Virus record (IMG/VR): IMGVR_UViG_3300047585_000133
Location: 56,291-120,290 of that record
Length of the DNA: 64,000 nt
DNA from: a virus
Direction: 5' to 3' (one strand)
Notes under the pieces: model-generated
The model's database searches: none
Told to the model about the DNA's origin: nothing
Seen by the model: only the letters and a program-made list of their open reading frames with translations
Program-made: the position numbers and the translations under genes
In this document: in pieces, positions 7,537-17,913 of the stretch
Numbering within the stretch: the first letter of the stretch is position 1
Layout of the letters: each line of letters opens with the position of its first letter

Positions 7537-10500
7537 CAGTCGAACAGGTCCGAAGCGTCCAGGTCGTCCATGACCGCCGGGGCGTAGGAAGCCGACGCCC
7601 CCACCGAGGCGAGCGACGGAACCGACCGGGACGCGGTGCGCGCCACCGGGCGGGCCGCCTGCCGCTGCTGGACGACCGGAGTCTGCGACAGGACGCTGAT
7701 CTCCCGCTCGATCCAGTCCGTGGGGGTAGAGGCGTCCTTCTCGATTTTCTCGGCTACCGCCAGCTCGTCGCCCTGGGCGAGGCCCGCCTGCACCCGCATC
7801 TTCGCCAGCCGGATGGAGGCGAAGGTGCGGCGGGAGGCGTCGGCTTCCAGAGAGGCGGCCTTCTGGGCACCGGGCTGGCCGCCCTGCTCCCCGCGTGCGT
7901 CGAGAATCCACGGGAACGCCGCCCCGTTGTCGCCCTGGCCGCCGATCCCCGGACCGTGGGCCTTCAGCGGGTCCGGGTCGATCCGGACGTCGGTCTCGAT
8001 CCTGCGCTGCTCCAGCGGGACGCCGCCGTCCTGCGACGGGTTGGTGCCCTGCACCGGAGCGGTCACGTCGACCAGGTTGGTGGCCGGCGGCGTCTGCATC
8101 TCCACGCCGGGAGTGATCGGCGTGGTGGTCATCTGGGCCGGGACTCCCGCGTTGGCGCCCGGGGTGGTGCCGGGGCGGCCCGCGTTGTCCATCGACCCGG
8201 GCATCAGGGCCTGCTCGGTGGTCTCCGCCGGCGGTCCCTCCGGCGGGTCCGGGACCGGCTGGGCCGGGTTGAGGATGTCCGCGTGCTTGCGCATCACCCG
8301 GCGGCTGATTTCAGTCAGCTCCGGGGCGATCCCCGCAGCGGAGGCGAGGAACGAGAGCTGGGCATGCAGGACCTCGTTCTGCACGCTCAGCTCGGCGATC
8401 CTCCGGGCCTGCGCCTGCGCGAGCGCGGCAGCCGTCTTGCTTGCTGGCATGTCCTTGTCCTCTTCCTCGTCCTGTTCGGCCTCAGGCTCTTCCTCGCCGT
8501 CGCCAGACGGGTCTTCTGCTCCTTCCGGGGGTGCCGCTTCGCCCCCGGGGTCTTCCTCGTCGATCAGGTGCAGCGAGGCCATCCCGCAGGCGGGGCACGG
8601 CACCCCCGGCTGCGCGGCGGCGTCGGTCTCGAAGGTGGTGCCGCAGGCCGGGCAGATCAGGTCGTCGCCCGGCTGGTCTTCCAGCTCTCCGGCCGGGTCC
8701 TCCGGCGGGACGTCGCCTTCGCCTTCGAGGTTCTGCTCTTCCTCCCCGGCTTCCGGGTCGGCGCCAGGATCGGCCGAGGGGTCGGCGAGGGGGTCTTCCT
8801 GGGCATCCGGCGGCTGGCCGTCGGTCTCGCCCGGGTCGCCGCCCTGCACTGTCGGCACGCCGTCGGGGGCGATCTGGTCGGGGTGCACCAGCTGGCCGTC
8901 CGCGTCCTGGCCGCTGCCGACCTGAGCGGCGGGCAGCTGGGCGTCCGGCTGCTGCGCGCCGGGGGCGTCCGGCGGCAGGGTGACGTCGCCAGCGGAGCCG
9001 AGCTGGTCGCGGACCTCTCCGGCCTTGGACGTGTCCGGGTCGCGGAACACCGACGGCGGCACCACGAACCCGCAGACCGGGCAACGGCTGCCGGACCAGA
9101 CGTTGTGCTCTCCGCAGACCGGGCACTCGTCCATCCGCAGGGTGTCCACCTGGGCCGGCACCCGGGTCTCCCCGTACGCCTGGACCTGGAGTCCGTTCTG
9201 GGACTGGCGCAGGTGGTCGTCGGGGTGGTACTGCCGGAACCGGCCGCCGCCCTCGATGACGTCGGCGGGACGGGTGCGGGGCAGTCCGGCCAGCCCGTTC
9301 ATGTCAGGAGCCTGGGCGTGCCTGGGCGCGCAGTCCCTGCACAGGAACGGGATGAACCGGCTGCGGGACTTCCCTTCCGGATTCGCCTTTCCGGAGAACT
9401 GGGCGCCGCAGCCCGAGCAGTGGCTTCCCTCCTGGCCGATCGACCCTGTCGCCCGGATCTGCTCGATTTCCTGATCCGGGATGTCGTCGACCGTGGGGTA
9501 GCTGTCGCTCCTGGACCTATGAGTGTGCACGTAGAACCCGTTCTTGTCCTTCTTGAGGGCAAGCCCGTCGAATTTCGGATCCCGGCCGTACCCGCGTACC
9601 GGCTTCGGCTGCCGGCCTCTGGGCTTCTTCGAGCGGGCATTCTGGGAGCGCTTCAGGGCGTCTCCGGCTTCCCACGGGCGGATTTTCCCGGTCTCGTAGT
9701 GCTCCGGGTAGTCCATCTCGTCGGAGGCAACCGGGTGGTACTGGGTGCCGCCCTTGTCCATGGGGCGGACGGGCATTCCCTTGACGGTGTGCTCGGCGCC
9801 GCCCATGTGACCGTAGAAGCAGTCGTTGCACAGGAACGGCATGCTCTGGTGCGGCCAGCTGCCCGACTTCTTATCGGTGTACATCGACCCGAACTCGGTC
9901 CCGCAGTTCACGCAGTGCGCCGGCCTGGCGGTGACTCCGGCGGTCTTCTTCGACGCGGTGAACGGGTCGGGCGGCATCTGGTGCTCGTCTCCCCTGGGGC
10001 TGCGCGGCAGCGGACGGCCTTCAAGCTGCTCGAACAGGCCGTGCATGTGGTCTTCCACCCGCGAGCGCGCCTGGTCGTACTCCGCCCGGGCCCCGGGGAC
10101 GGAGTCGTAGACCTTCTGCGGGTCAGCCGGGTAGGGGTCGTGACCCTCCCGCTTCATGCCGTCCTCGTGGTACCAGCCGTTCCCTGGCCGGCTCAGTGAG
10201 TGCAGGTTGATCCTCACCGGGTCGCCGCAGAACAGGCAGTGCGTACCGCCGAACTGAGACGGCGCCATCCGCCCGGACTTGTCCTGCGGGTTCACCGGGT
10301 CCGGATCGTGGTCGTAGTCGCGCGCGCTGTCGTGCTTGAACCTGGGCGGATGACGGGTATTGCCGGGTGTCCAGGCCACCGCATCGCCGCAGTTCCGGCA
10401 GGTGTTGCCGAGGTAGTCGCGGAAGTCGGGCTCGCCTGAGGCGGTCCTGGCGGAAGCAGCCTTGGCCATTCCGCGTGCGTCGGGAGTCCCAAGGACGAAA

Positions 10501-11150
10501 GCCGAAGGGTCAGCCGGATCTTCCACCAGCAGGCTGTTCTCGAAGAACGACAGCCCGGCGCAGACCTCGTGGATCAGCTTCTCTTCCAGCTTGCCGGTCG
10601 TCTTGTTCCGCTGCCGGATCTTCTTGCCCTTCAGGGCCGGCAGGTGCTTGCAGTACTCGGCCGGGGAGGTGGCCTTGTTGCCGCAAGCGGAACAGGTGGA
10701 CCAGTCCACGTCCACGCCCATGGAGGTACGGTTGACCCGCCCGGCCAGGACCGCCTTCGCCAGCCTGGGGAACCTGACCGCGTCGACTTCGTGGAGGCCC
10801 TCGACCCAGGTGTCCGGACTGCCGTCGGGGTTCCTGTCGCGGTGCAGGGCGACGGCGACGATGACGCCCCGGGCCCGGCGGTGGTTCTCGTTGTTGTGGT
10901 TGACGAAGACCGGCTTGCCGAGGAAGGTCTTGTAGCCCTTCTCGATCTCGCCGGCCGGGAACGTGTCGTGGTTGTCGTTGGTCCGGCTGGAGATCATCCG
11001 GGACCGCAGGTACAGGTAGCCGGGACGCGGCTCGTAGTCGAATGTCACCCGGTGAGCGGCTTTGACGATCCTCCGGACACCGCTTCCGGGGTTGCCGGGA
11101 ACGGCCTGGCGCCAGGCTTCCAGCACCTCCAGCGACGCGTACTTCCGCAC
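7536..11150 (-). CDS. Capsid maturation protease / scaffold fusion with inserted Zn-binding modules (1204 aa)
   Basis: N-terminal KPVFVNH...TSMG...CSACGN...FFENSLLVEDPADP protease-like block; acidic scaffold-like C-terminus; upstream of decoration and MCP. Confidence 0.8.
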   Translation of the reverse strand: MRKYASLEVLEAWRQAVPGNPGSGVRRIVKAAHRVTFDYEPRPGYLYLRSRMISSRTNDNHDTFPAGEIEKGYKTFLGKPVFVNHNNENHRRARGVIVAVALHRDRNPDGSPDTWVEGLHEVDAVRFPRLAKAVLAGRVNRTSMGVDVDWSTCSACGNKATSPAEYCKHLPALKGKKIRQRNKTTGKLEEKLIHEVCAGLSFFENSLLVEDPADPSAFVLGTPDARGMAKAASARTASGEPDFRDYLGNTCRNCGDAVAWTPGNTRHPPRFKHDSARDYDHDPDPVNPQDKSGRMAPSQFGGTHCLFCGDPVRINLHSLSRPGNGWYHEDGMKREGHDPYPADPQKVYDSVPGARAEYDQARSRVEDHMHGLFEQLEGRPLPRSPRGDEHQMPPDPFTASKKTAGVTARPAHCVNCGTEFGSMYTDKKSGSWPHQSMPFLCNDCFYGHMGGAEHTVKGMPVRPMDKGGTQYHPVASDEMDYPEHYETGKIRPWEAGDALKRSQNARSKKPRGRQPKPVRGYGRDPKFDGLALKKDKNGFYVHTHRSRSDSYPTVDDIPDQEIEQIRATGSIGQEGSHCSGCGAQFSGKANPEGKSRSRFIPFLCRDCAPRHAQAPDMNGLAGLPRTRPADVIEGGGRFRQYHPDDHLRQSQNGLQVQAYGETRVPAQVDTLRMDECPVCGEHNVWSGSRCPVCGFVVPPSVFRDPDTSKAGEVRDQLGSAGDVTLPPDAPGAQQPDAQLPAAQVGSGQDADGQLVHPDQIAPDGVPTVQGGDPGETDGQPPDAQEDPLADPSADPGADPEAGEEEQNLEGEGDVPPEDPAGELEDQPGDDLICPACGTTFETDAAAQPGVPCPACGMASLHLIDEEDPGGEAAPPEGAEDPSGDGEEEPEAEQDEEEDKDMPASKTAAALAQAQARRIAELSVQNEVLHAQLSFLASAAGIAPELTEISRRVMRKHADILNPAQPVPDPPEGPPAETTEQALMPGSMDNAGRPGTTPGANAGVPAQMTTTPITPGVEMQTPPATNLVDVTAPVQGTNPSQDGGVPLEQRRIETDVRIDPDPLKAHGPGIGGQGDNGAAFPWILDARGEQGGQPGAQKAASLEADASRRTFASIRLAKMRVQAGLAQGDELAVAEKIEKDASTPTDWIEREISVLSQTPVVQQRQAARPVARTASRSVPSLASVGASASYAPAVMDDLDASDLFD

Positions 11151-11200
11151 GGGTTCCTCCCGGTCTGCTCTCCTCTCTTCCGTGGACCCCGGGACGCCCG

Positions 11201-11229
11201 TTGCTCAATACAGCTTTTCTTGATATTGT
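11201..11229 (+). promoter_or_regulatory. Motif promoter (copy 3)
   Basis: TTGCTC-AATACAGCTTTTCTTGA-TATTGT. Confidence 0.75.
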
Positions 11230-11282
11230 CATCTCAGCGAACGCAGAGCACTGACTACGCAGGCGAAACTGAGGAGAAGCAG

Positions 11283-11849
11283 ATGGCACTCGTACTCGGA
11301 TCGGACAAGACCGGAACCGGCCTCGCGCAGGAGATCGCCGGACTCGCCGCCGGGCGCCAGCACAACCTGGCCGCCTACCTGGTGGACGGCCTTCACCCTA
11401 TTAACCCGGCCCAGGCTGACAGCATCCGCAAGTACCTGGAGGGCCGCCCGCTCCGTGAGACCACTGAGGAGGCGATAGTGGCCAAGGCCGTTCCGCCGGC
11501 CCCCCGGTTCACCTTCGGCGACATCCCGGCCGGCTTCTACGCCACGTCCAACAAGACCGAGAGCGCCAACGACTACAGCTTCTGGAAGGTCACGGTCTCT
11601 GAGAAGAGCGGCTTCCGGAACGTCAAGCGGGTTATCGGCGGCAGCGCCACACCGCTGCCGCAGCTCGTCATGATCGGGAGGCCCCAGCAGACTGCTGCGC
11701 TCAGCGCAATCCTCCGGGCGGGGATCGAGACTTCTGCCGCCCTGTACGCGAAGCTGGAGACGCGCTGCTCCGACTGCGGGCGCCAGCTCACGACCGAAAG
11801 GTCCCGCGAGTACGGGAAAGGCGACATATGCAGGGAGAAGAACGGGTGA
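11283..11849 (+). CDS. DUF6011-like Zn-ribbon domain protein
   Basis: C-terminal CSDCGRQLTTERSREYGKGDIC; RBS GAGGAG. Confidence 0.75.
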   Translation: MALVLGSDKTGTGLAQEIAGLAAGRQHNLAAYLVDGLHPINPAQADSIRKYLEGRPLRETTEEAIVAKAVPPAPRFTFGDIPAGFYATSNKTESANDYSFWKVTVSEKSGFRNVKRVIGGSATPLPQLVMIGRPQQTAALSAILRAGIETSAALYAKLETRCSDCGRQLTTERSREYGKGDICREKNG

Positions 11850-12352
11850 GCAGCTGGTTTCAGGTGACATCGGCGCAGGCGGCCGGGGTCATCCTGGGTT
11901 TCGCCGTCCTCGCGCTGGCCATGCCGCGCGAGGACGGCTTCCTCATTCCCGAGTACCGGGACTGGCGGGCGATGATCCGGCGGCGGTTCAGCCGCCGGGA
12001 ACGGGAACGCCTGGAGGTCACGGGCGAACTGGAGGCGGCTGCCTTCGTCGCCGAGCTGCACGAGGACCGGGGCAGGCACCGCCTGCCGGAGCCCATGACG
12101 GTCAGGGCAGCTGACCTTCCCAGCCGGAACCGGGTTATCACCACGCTCCTGACGGACGGAGCACCTCCCTGGGAGGAGATCCCGGCTCCGGAGCCCGAGC
12201 CGCCGGAACCCGTGCAGCCGGATCCGCCCGTGAGGAAGTCCAGGCACCAGGGCGACCCGCCGACCATCGTCATCGAGCAGGTTCGGCCGAACATCAGCCG
12301 GGGCCTGGGGATGTACCTGGCCCGGCTGCCCCGCTACCGGGACGGGGACTAG
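11846..12352 (+). CDS. Membrane-anchored Pro-rich protein
   Basis: N-terminal TM AAGVILGFAVLALAM; GTGA overlap. Confidence 0.6.
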   Translation: MSSWFQVTSAQAAGVILGFAVLALAMPREDGFLIPEYRDWRAMIRRRFSRRERERLEVTGELEAAAFVAELHEDRGRHRLPEPMTVRAADLPSRNRVITTLLTDGAPPWEEIPAPEPEPPEPVQPDPPVRKSRHQGDPPTIVIEQVRPNISRGLGMYLARLPRYRDGD

Positions 12353-12675
12353 CCGGCTTTGTCCCGGTTGTCGGCTGCCGCGCCGTCCCGCTGGGTCCGC
12401 CAGATCATCACCGTCCTCCACAGCACGTTGACGGTCACCAGTGCGAGGAAAACTACCTGCGTCCACTCCAGGGGGACGTCGGTGATGTGAAAGTCCAGGT
12501 GCAGCACCGACGGGAACAGCGTCCCGGCGATCGACACTTCCAGCAGGACGGTGTTCCAGCCCCACCACGACAGGTGCCAGGGCCAGAAGAACCGGGTGAC
12601 GAACGGGAAAAGCAGACTTACCCAGAACCCGATGTTCACTTCCCAGTGAACGGACAAAAGCAGAGCGTTATCCAT
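12349..12675 (-). CDS. Three-TM putative holin-like membrane protein
   Basis: Three hydrophobic segments with PW..SWWG motif; third gene of a membrane trio typical of actinophages. Confidence 0.6.
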   Translation of the reverse strand: MDNALLLSVHWEVNIGFWVSLLFPFVTRFFWPWHLSWWGWNTVLLEVSIAGTLFPSVLHLDFHITDVPLEWTQVVFLALVTVNVLWRTVMIWRTQRDGAAADNRDKAG

Positions 12676-12871
12676 TGGGGCGGTCCTGCTGGGAACGCTG
12701 CTGGATGAGCATGGTGATCGTCTCTATTACATGGTTCTTCGCACGGATCTCCCGCAGGGGAATGATCACCTGGTCCTTGTCCCTGGCCAGCAGGTGTTCA
12801 GCTGCCTTCCGCCTGGCACGGACTTCGACGAGTTCGGGAGACGGGAGCCTGTTCCTGCGAATTCGCCACAT
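12668..12871 (-). CDS. Small basic helical protein of the membrane trio
   Basis: LREIRAKNHVIETI motif; sits between two membrane genes. Confidence 0.55.
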   Translation of the reverse strand: MWRIRRNRLPSPELVEVRARRKAAEHLLARDKDQVIIPLREIRAKNHVIETITMLIQQRSQQDRPNG

Positions 12872-12872
12872 G

Positions 12873-13118
12873 TCACTCCAGGATCCTTGGAGCCCCGTGG
12901 GTCTGGAGGGCATCGGCAACGATACGGCCAGCAAGGATGCCGGCTTCCGCGCGGGCGCCCGCAAGCTCGGCGAGCCGTTTCCACTCATCCCTCTGTTCTT
13001 TCATATCGTCGTAGGAACTCTTCGAGTAGATCTGCCCGGTGACAAAAAGAACGAGCATGACGATGGCCACTCCGCCGCTTGTCCCGCCGAGCACCGTGAG
13101 GAGGTCACTCGCGCTCAC
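12873..13118 (-). CDS. TM + coiled-coil membrane protein (holin-associated)
   Basis: TM GGVAIVMLVLFVTGQI then YDDMKEQRDEWKRLA. Confidence 0.6.
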   Translation of the reverse strand: MSASDLLTVLGGTSGGVAIVMLVLFVTGQIYSKSSYDDMKEQRDEWKRLAELAGARAEAGILAGRIVADALQTHGAPRILE

Positions 13119-13374
13119 TCGCCCTTCCCCCGTCCCATCGGTCACGGATCAGCCCGGCACTCATCCCACAGCTTCCAGGGTCAACCCAGGCGCCTATGCC
13201 ATCCCAGGCAACAGCAGGCACGATCATCCCCATGCGGGCTGCGAGTGCTTCGACGATCTCGCTGCTCTTCATGCCGGGCGCACCGAGGAACACTCCCCGC
13301 CCCTCGTACGGGTCGGCGGCGGCCATCTGCTCGCGGGTGACCGCTTCCATCCGGTAGCTGCCGAAGATGCTCAC
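13105..13374 (-). CDS. Hypothetical protein
   Basis: ORF track, GTGA overlap with upstream gene. Confidence 0.5.
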   Translation of the reverse strand: MSIFGSYRMEAVTREQMAAADPYEGRGVFLGAPGMKSSEIVEALAARMGMIVPAVAWDGIGAWVDPGSCGMSAGLIRDRWDGGRASERE

Positions 13375-16300
13375 GCGAACATCACGTCGTCGTCGTAGTT
13401 GTCAAGGTTGAGTCCCCTACGCTCAAGTTCACTGTCGGCATCCTCGTAATGCGTGCCCTCCAGGCGCAGCAGGTCCAGGTTCCGGGCCCGCTGCCCGCGT
13501 CCCTCCCGGATCAGGTCGTCGGCTTCCGCTTGCGGCAGCACGTCGGCCGTCTTGGCGAGGTACTCCCTCGCCGCCACCGCGATATCCCCGTCGCCCTGAC
13601 CGGGAGCAGAATCGCCGGTATAGGACCTGGACGCGGCTGACCGCTGGAAGGACGCCACGATATCTTCGATACCTCCCTGCGGCAGCCCGGCCGGGACGTC
13701 CACCTCGTCGGAGTCGGCGCCGCCGCCGGACCACTGCTGGTTCCCGGTCGTCTGAATTGACGGGTCCTCCGGAGACAGGTACTCGTCCTGGGCGCCCATG
13801 CCCGGCTCCTGGGTGACCGGAGAAGGCTGCTGGGCCTGCGGGGAGGTCTCGCGGTTCAGGTCGCCCATCGGGGTGCCTGCGCCCCGCTGGAAGCTGGCCC
13901 CGAACTCGCCGAGCGCAGCGGTATCCAGCGGGGCACCCTGGCCCTGGCCCGTCCCCGCGTCACCGCCGCCGATCGTCCCGTCAGCCGCTGCCGTCGCCTC
14001 GATGTCCTCGCCGGTCGTCTCCGGGAGTGCGGCCTCCGGGTGATCCTTCAGCTCGGCTCTGGATTCTTCCATCCGGATGCCGTTCGGGTCACGCGGGCTG
14101 ATCGCGGTCGACGGACCGGCGGTGTTCGCCCGGTCGGAGTATCCGAAGCTGTCCTGGTTCTCCTGCTGCCATCCCTCAGTAGAAGGCCAGTGCACGTCTC
14201 CCGGTACCGGCTGCTGCGCGGCGGTATTGCTCAGCGGCATCTGAAGGGCGCTGCCGTCCTGGATGCCGCCCCAGTTCTCCGGGTCGGGAGCGGCCAGGAA
14301 GCCGTAGGAGGCCGGGCTCTGGTCCTTGTTGGGCGGGGACGTCGCGCCGTAGGGCTTCTGCGTCGGGTGCTCGGAGACGTTCTGGCTGCCCCAGGAGCTG
14401 TTCGCCTGGTCGGCGGTGACGGCGAAGGACTCGACGGCGCGCAGCGGCACAGGATCGCCCGGCTCCTCGTGCCGGTGCGGGAGGCGGACCGCTGCGCCGT
14501 TGTCGTGCAGCGCCTGGTGGAATGCGTCAGCCGATTCCAGGCTCCCGGTCCGGCGCGCCACCGAATCCTCCGGCAGGCCGTGCGCCACCTGAAGGTGGCG
14601 CGCCATCAGGCCAGTGGAGCGCGCCAGGTCGGCGACGGAGCACATCCCGGCCAAGAGCCGGAGCGCGCCAATCTCGTCCGGGTCTTCTTTGGCGCGCACC
14701 AGCGCGGTAGTGGCACGGTGTGATGGCGCACCACGGGCGATTTCCCATTCGTCGCGCTCCTCCGGAGTCCAGTCCCAGTCGCGTGCCTCATCCGGGGTGG
14801 CGCGGTGCACCATGCTGCTCCGGCGCGCCAGCGGAGCGCGCCACTCCTCGCTCCACCGGCCCCGGTGCGGCGCGCCGTCGTACGGCGGCATCGACTTCAC
14901 CACGACCGAGGACGGCGACCAGGAAGCGGGCTCGGCATCGGAGTCGAAGGACCGGCCGAACATGCCGCGCGACTGAGCCTCGAACTGGAGAGCCATCACG
15001 TGGCTGCACGGGCGGCCGGCGTACCGGCTGCTCGCCGTCTTCTGGTGGAAAGATGCCCAGGGGCACCCGCAGGCCCAGTGAGATATCGTCTGCCGCTTGC
15101 CGACAGGCCGCTGGATGCCGGACTCGTAGGTGTCGTGGTCGCCCCGCACCTCGCCGATCACCATGCCCGCCGAGGCGTGGGTGATCCGGACGTAGCCTTC
15201 GGCCCGGATCCGCTTCGCCTTCGCCACCACGTCGCTCCAGGCGGCGGTGAACTCGAACCGGAAGTCCCGGTTTCCGGCGGCGGCGGTGAACATCGCGAGC
15301 GCCGCGTCCTTGCTGAACGGGGTGTCCTCGTCGCCCTTGCCGGTGTCGTTCGGGTCTGTTCCCGCAGACTGGTCGTTGTCGTCGTCCTGGTCCCCGCCGC
15401 CGCCGCTGTCCCCGTCGTCCGGGGCGAAGGGGGCAGCAGGCGGAGTACCGCGTTTCACTTTCCCGTCGTCGCGGCCCTGGGTCCAGGCGCGGTTCCGCTC
15501 GCTGACCTCTGCCCCGGCGGCGGGCCACTCGTCCGGGTCGGCGGGCGGCATGTCGTCCGGGTTCCCGGGGATCCCGGCCGGGGGGATATCCGCCGGATTG
15601 TCCTCTTCGCCGTCCCCGATGGCCTGCGGGGAGTCGTTACCGGGGCCTGCTTCGTCCTCGTCGCCGTCCTCGTCGCCGTCCAGGTCGTTGCCCGGGTCGT
15701 CGTGCTCGTGGGCGGGAGCCGGGCTGTCGTCTTCACTGCCATGATTATGGTCGTGCACGTGCACGTGCACGTTGAGCGCCGACATCATCCGGCGGAACCG
15801 CGCCGGGTCGGTCTGCTGGTACACGGCCGGGTCCGGGGCCGGCTTCACTCTCCTCAGCCGGTCCATGGCGCGGGCAGGGTCTTTCGACGAGCCGCCGTGC
15901 TCCGGGGCCACGATGGGATATCCCTCGGGGGTACGCATGCGCGGGGTACTGAAGATCGACGGGCCGAACATGTTGCTCAGCGATTCCTCGCGGTCCGGAC
16001 CCTGCTCGTCTTCCGGCTCGGTGTGGCTGTGGTTCGCCATCCCGGCGTCGTGCATGCCCTGGTGCAGGTCCTGGATCCGGTCCCCGTGCGCCCGGATCCG
16101 GTTGAACTGCGTCTCGCCCCAGCCGTGGCCGTCGCGCATGTGGTCTTCCCACTGGCTGTCGGCCGATGCCTCCACCGGGCCGATGCCCTCTCCCTGCGCC
16201 TCTTTCATCCGTTCTTCCACCTGGGACCTCGGCGGAGTATTGCGGCCGAGGAACTCCCCCGACGGCACGAAATCGCCCTCGGTGATACCGGGCGGGACCG

Positions 16301-17462
16301 TCTGCCAGCTGTGCAGGTGCTCGCGCTGCGGCCCGGTCCACGGCACCCGGGCTCCGGTGAACTGGTGGGAGCTGCTGGCGTCGTCTCCGAGGTCCCAGTG
16401 CGGGTCGAAGTCGTACTCGTCGGGATGGCCGTGGCCGACGTCGCCGTAGGCGTGCTGGGCGTCGTGGTCTTCCGACAGCATCCGCCGCTGGGCATCGCTC
16501 ATACCGGGAGTCTGGGGCGGGAAGCCGTGCTCTTCCTCCATGTGCCGGGGCAGGTTGTCCAGTGCTGCGGTGAAGGCGCCGATCTCCAGTCCGGGGCCGC
16601 CGCCGGCTGACATTCCCTCGGGGTACATGCCGACGGTGGCGGCGTTCTCGTTCTTCTTGTCGCCGTGCTGCGACTTCGGCAGCGCCTGGTTCCATCTGGG
16701 GTCGCCGTCACCCTCGGTGGAACGGTCATCGTAGGAGTCCGGGTCGCCGGCACGCGGGACAGTGCCGTGCTGCGGGGCGTCGCCGTGGCCGTCGATGTTC
16801 GTGCCGTTGATGTCGGTGGCATGACGGCGGGAGCCAAGGTACTGCCCGCTGGCATCGTCGCCGTGCTCCCACAGAGGGTCAAGTTCTCCCTCATGCTGGT
16901 GATCGGCGTCCCCGCTGTCGTGCAGCTGGTCGTGCGCGTGCGCCATGGTGAACTGCCAGGACGGATCACGGTGGTTGGCGCGGTCGAATATCTCTTTACC
17001 GTGGTCCTCCACCAGGTGGCGCTTCAGGGCCAGGTACTCAGCGCTCGACCCGGTTACGCTGATCGCCGTGGCATGGTGGCGCATGCCGACCAGTCCGGCA
17101 GCTTCCTCCATCTCGGCGAGCCGCGCCATCACCGGGCTTGTCATCCACGGCGGGGGCGGTGCCTCCTGCTGGGGTCCGAGGTGCTCTTCCGTCCAGTCCT
17201 GCTCGGCGGGCTCGGCCCAGTCCATGCCGGTGTCGCCTTCGCCGCCGTTGTACCCGCCGTTGCGGGGGTCTTCCTCGGTGCCGTAGGCGGCGGCGGTCTT
17301 CGACCCGATGACGGTGATCTGGCTGCCTGGATCGGGCCGGTCAGACAGGATGCTGCCCATCTCCGGGTAGTCATGAGCCGCTGTGCGGTGCTGCTGCTCC
17401 TGCTCGTCCTCAGGCTCGTCGTCGTTGAGCTGGGACAGCCTGGTGCTGTGCTTCCGGATCAT
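13371..17462 (-). CDS. ~1363-aa modular putative internal head protein with SWIM Zn finger and four His-rich modules
   Basis: WACGCPW...PCSH SWIM motif; repeated H-x4-HG...H-x3-H...HxH; many xTA motifs; RBS GGGAGG before ATG 17462. Confidence 0.7.
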   Translation of the reverse strand: MIRKHSTRLSQLNDDEPEDEQEQQHRTAAHDYPEMGSILSDRPDPGSQITVIGSKTAAAYGTEEDPRNGGYNGGEGDTGMDWAEPAEQDWTEEHLGPQQEAPPPPWMTSPVMARLAEMEEAAGLVGMRHHATAISVTGSSAEYLALKRHLVEDHGKEIFDRANHRDPSWQFTMAHAHDQLHDSGDADHQHEGELDPLWEHGDDASGQYLGSRRHATDINGTNIDGHGDAPQHGTVPRAGDPDSYDDRSTEGDGDPRWNQALPKSQHGDKKNENAATVGMYPEGMSAGGGPGLEIGAFTAALDNLPRHMEEEHGFPPQTPGMSDAQRRMLSEDHDAQHAYGDVGHGHPDEYDFDPHWDLGDDASSSHQFTGARVPWTGPQREHLHSWQTVPPGITEGDFVPSGEFLGRNTPPRSQVEERMKEAQGEGIGPVEASADSQWEDHMRDGHGWGETQFNRIRAHGDRIQDLHQGMHDAGMANHSHTEPEDEQGPDREESLSNMFGPSIFSTPRMRTPEGYPIVAPEHGGSSKDPARAMDRLRRVKPAPDPAVYQQTDPARFRRMMSALNVHVHVHDHNHGSEDDSPAPAHEHDDPGNDLDGDEDGDEDEAGPGNDSPQAIGDGEEDNPADIPPAGIPGNPDDMPPADPDEWPAAGAEVSERNRAWTQGRDDGKVKRGTPPAAPFAPDDGDSGGGGDQDDDNDQSAGTDPNDTGKGDEDTPFSKDAALAMFTAAAGNRDFRFEFTAAWSDVVAKAKRIRAEGYVRITHASAGMVIGEVRGDHDTYESGIQRPVGKRQTISHWACGCPWASFHQKTASSRYAGRPCSHVMALQFEAQSRGMFGRSFDSDAEPASWSPSSVVVKSMPPYDGAPHRGRWSEEWRAPLARRSSMVHRATPDEARDWDWTPEERDEWEIARGAPSHRATTALVRAKEDPDEIGALRLLAGMCSVADLARSTGLMARHLQVAHGLPEDSVARRTGSLESADAFHQALHDNGAAVRLPHRHEEPGDPVPLRAVESFAVTADQANSSWGSQNVSEHPTQKPYGATSPPNKDQSPASYGFLAAPDPENWGGIQDGSALQMPLSNTAAQQPVPGDVHWPSTEGWQQENQDSFGYSDRANTAGPSTAISPRDPNGIRMEESRAELKDHPEAALPETTGEDIEATAAADGTIGGGDAGTGQGQGAPLDTAALGEFGASFQRGAGTPMGDLNRETSPQAQQPSPVTQEPGMGAQDEYLSPEDPSIQTTGNQQWSGGGADSDEVDVPAGLPQGGIEDIVASFQRSAASRSYTGDSAPGQGDGDIAVAAREYLAKTADVLPQAEADDLIREGRGQRARNLDLLRLEGTHYEDADSELERRGLNLDNYDDDVMFA

Positions 17463-17502
17463 TGCCGCCTCCCTTACTTCTTCCCTGGAACGGCCGGAAG
17501 CG

Positions 17503-17531
17503 TTGAGGAATACAGCTTTTATTGATATTGT
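17503..17531 (+). promoter_or_regulatory. Motif promoter (copy 4), leaderless
   Basis: TTGAGG-AATACAGCTTTTATTGA-TATTGT-6-ATG(17538). Confidence 0.75.
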
Positions 17532-17537
17532 CCTGTC

Positions 17538-17777
17538 ATGACGCCGATTAACGAGGCCCAGATCCGCGAAGACCACTACGACGAGGACATCCTGGAGATC
17601 TACGAGAACGCCGGGGTGCTGGCGTCCGACCAGGACCAGGTCACCTTCATCACCGACAGCGAAGGCAAGCGCGTCTTCGCGATCGTCCCCGTCGAGTTCG
17701 CCGAGCACGCACTAGACCGGGAGGACGTGGCGACCTTCGCGGCCCGCGCCGGGCTCCTGAGCCGCAGGCTCAGGTGA
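17538..17777 (+). CDS. Phd/YefM-like small protein
   Basis: VTFITDSEGKRVFAIVPVEFAE resembles the Phd ITxxGxxxAxLVxxE pattern. Confidence 0.5.
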   Translation: MTPINEAQIREDHYDEDILEIYENAGVLASDQDQVTFITDSEGKRVFAIVPVEFAEHALDREDVATFAARAGLLSRRLR

Positions 17778-17913
17778 ACTGCGCTATCTGCGGCCACCCG
17801 GACGACGAGCACAGCATCGCGCCCGGATTTACCGGGTGGCCAGCGAACAAGCTGGCATGTCCGCAGTGTCCGGACGGCCTGTGTCTCCTGCCGGAAGCAG
17901 AGGAGGACCGCTG

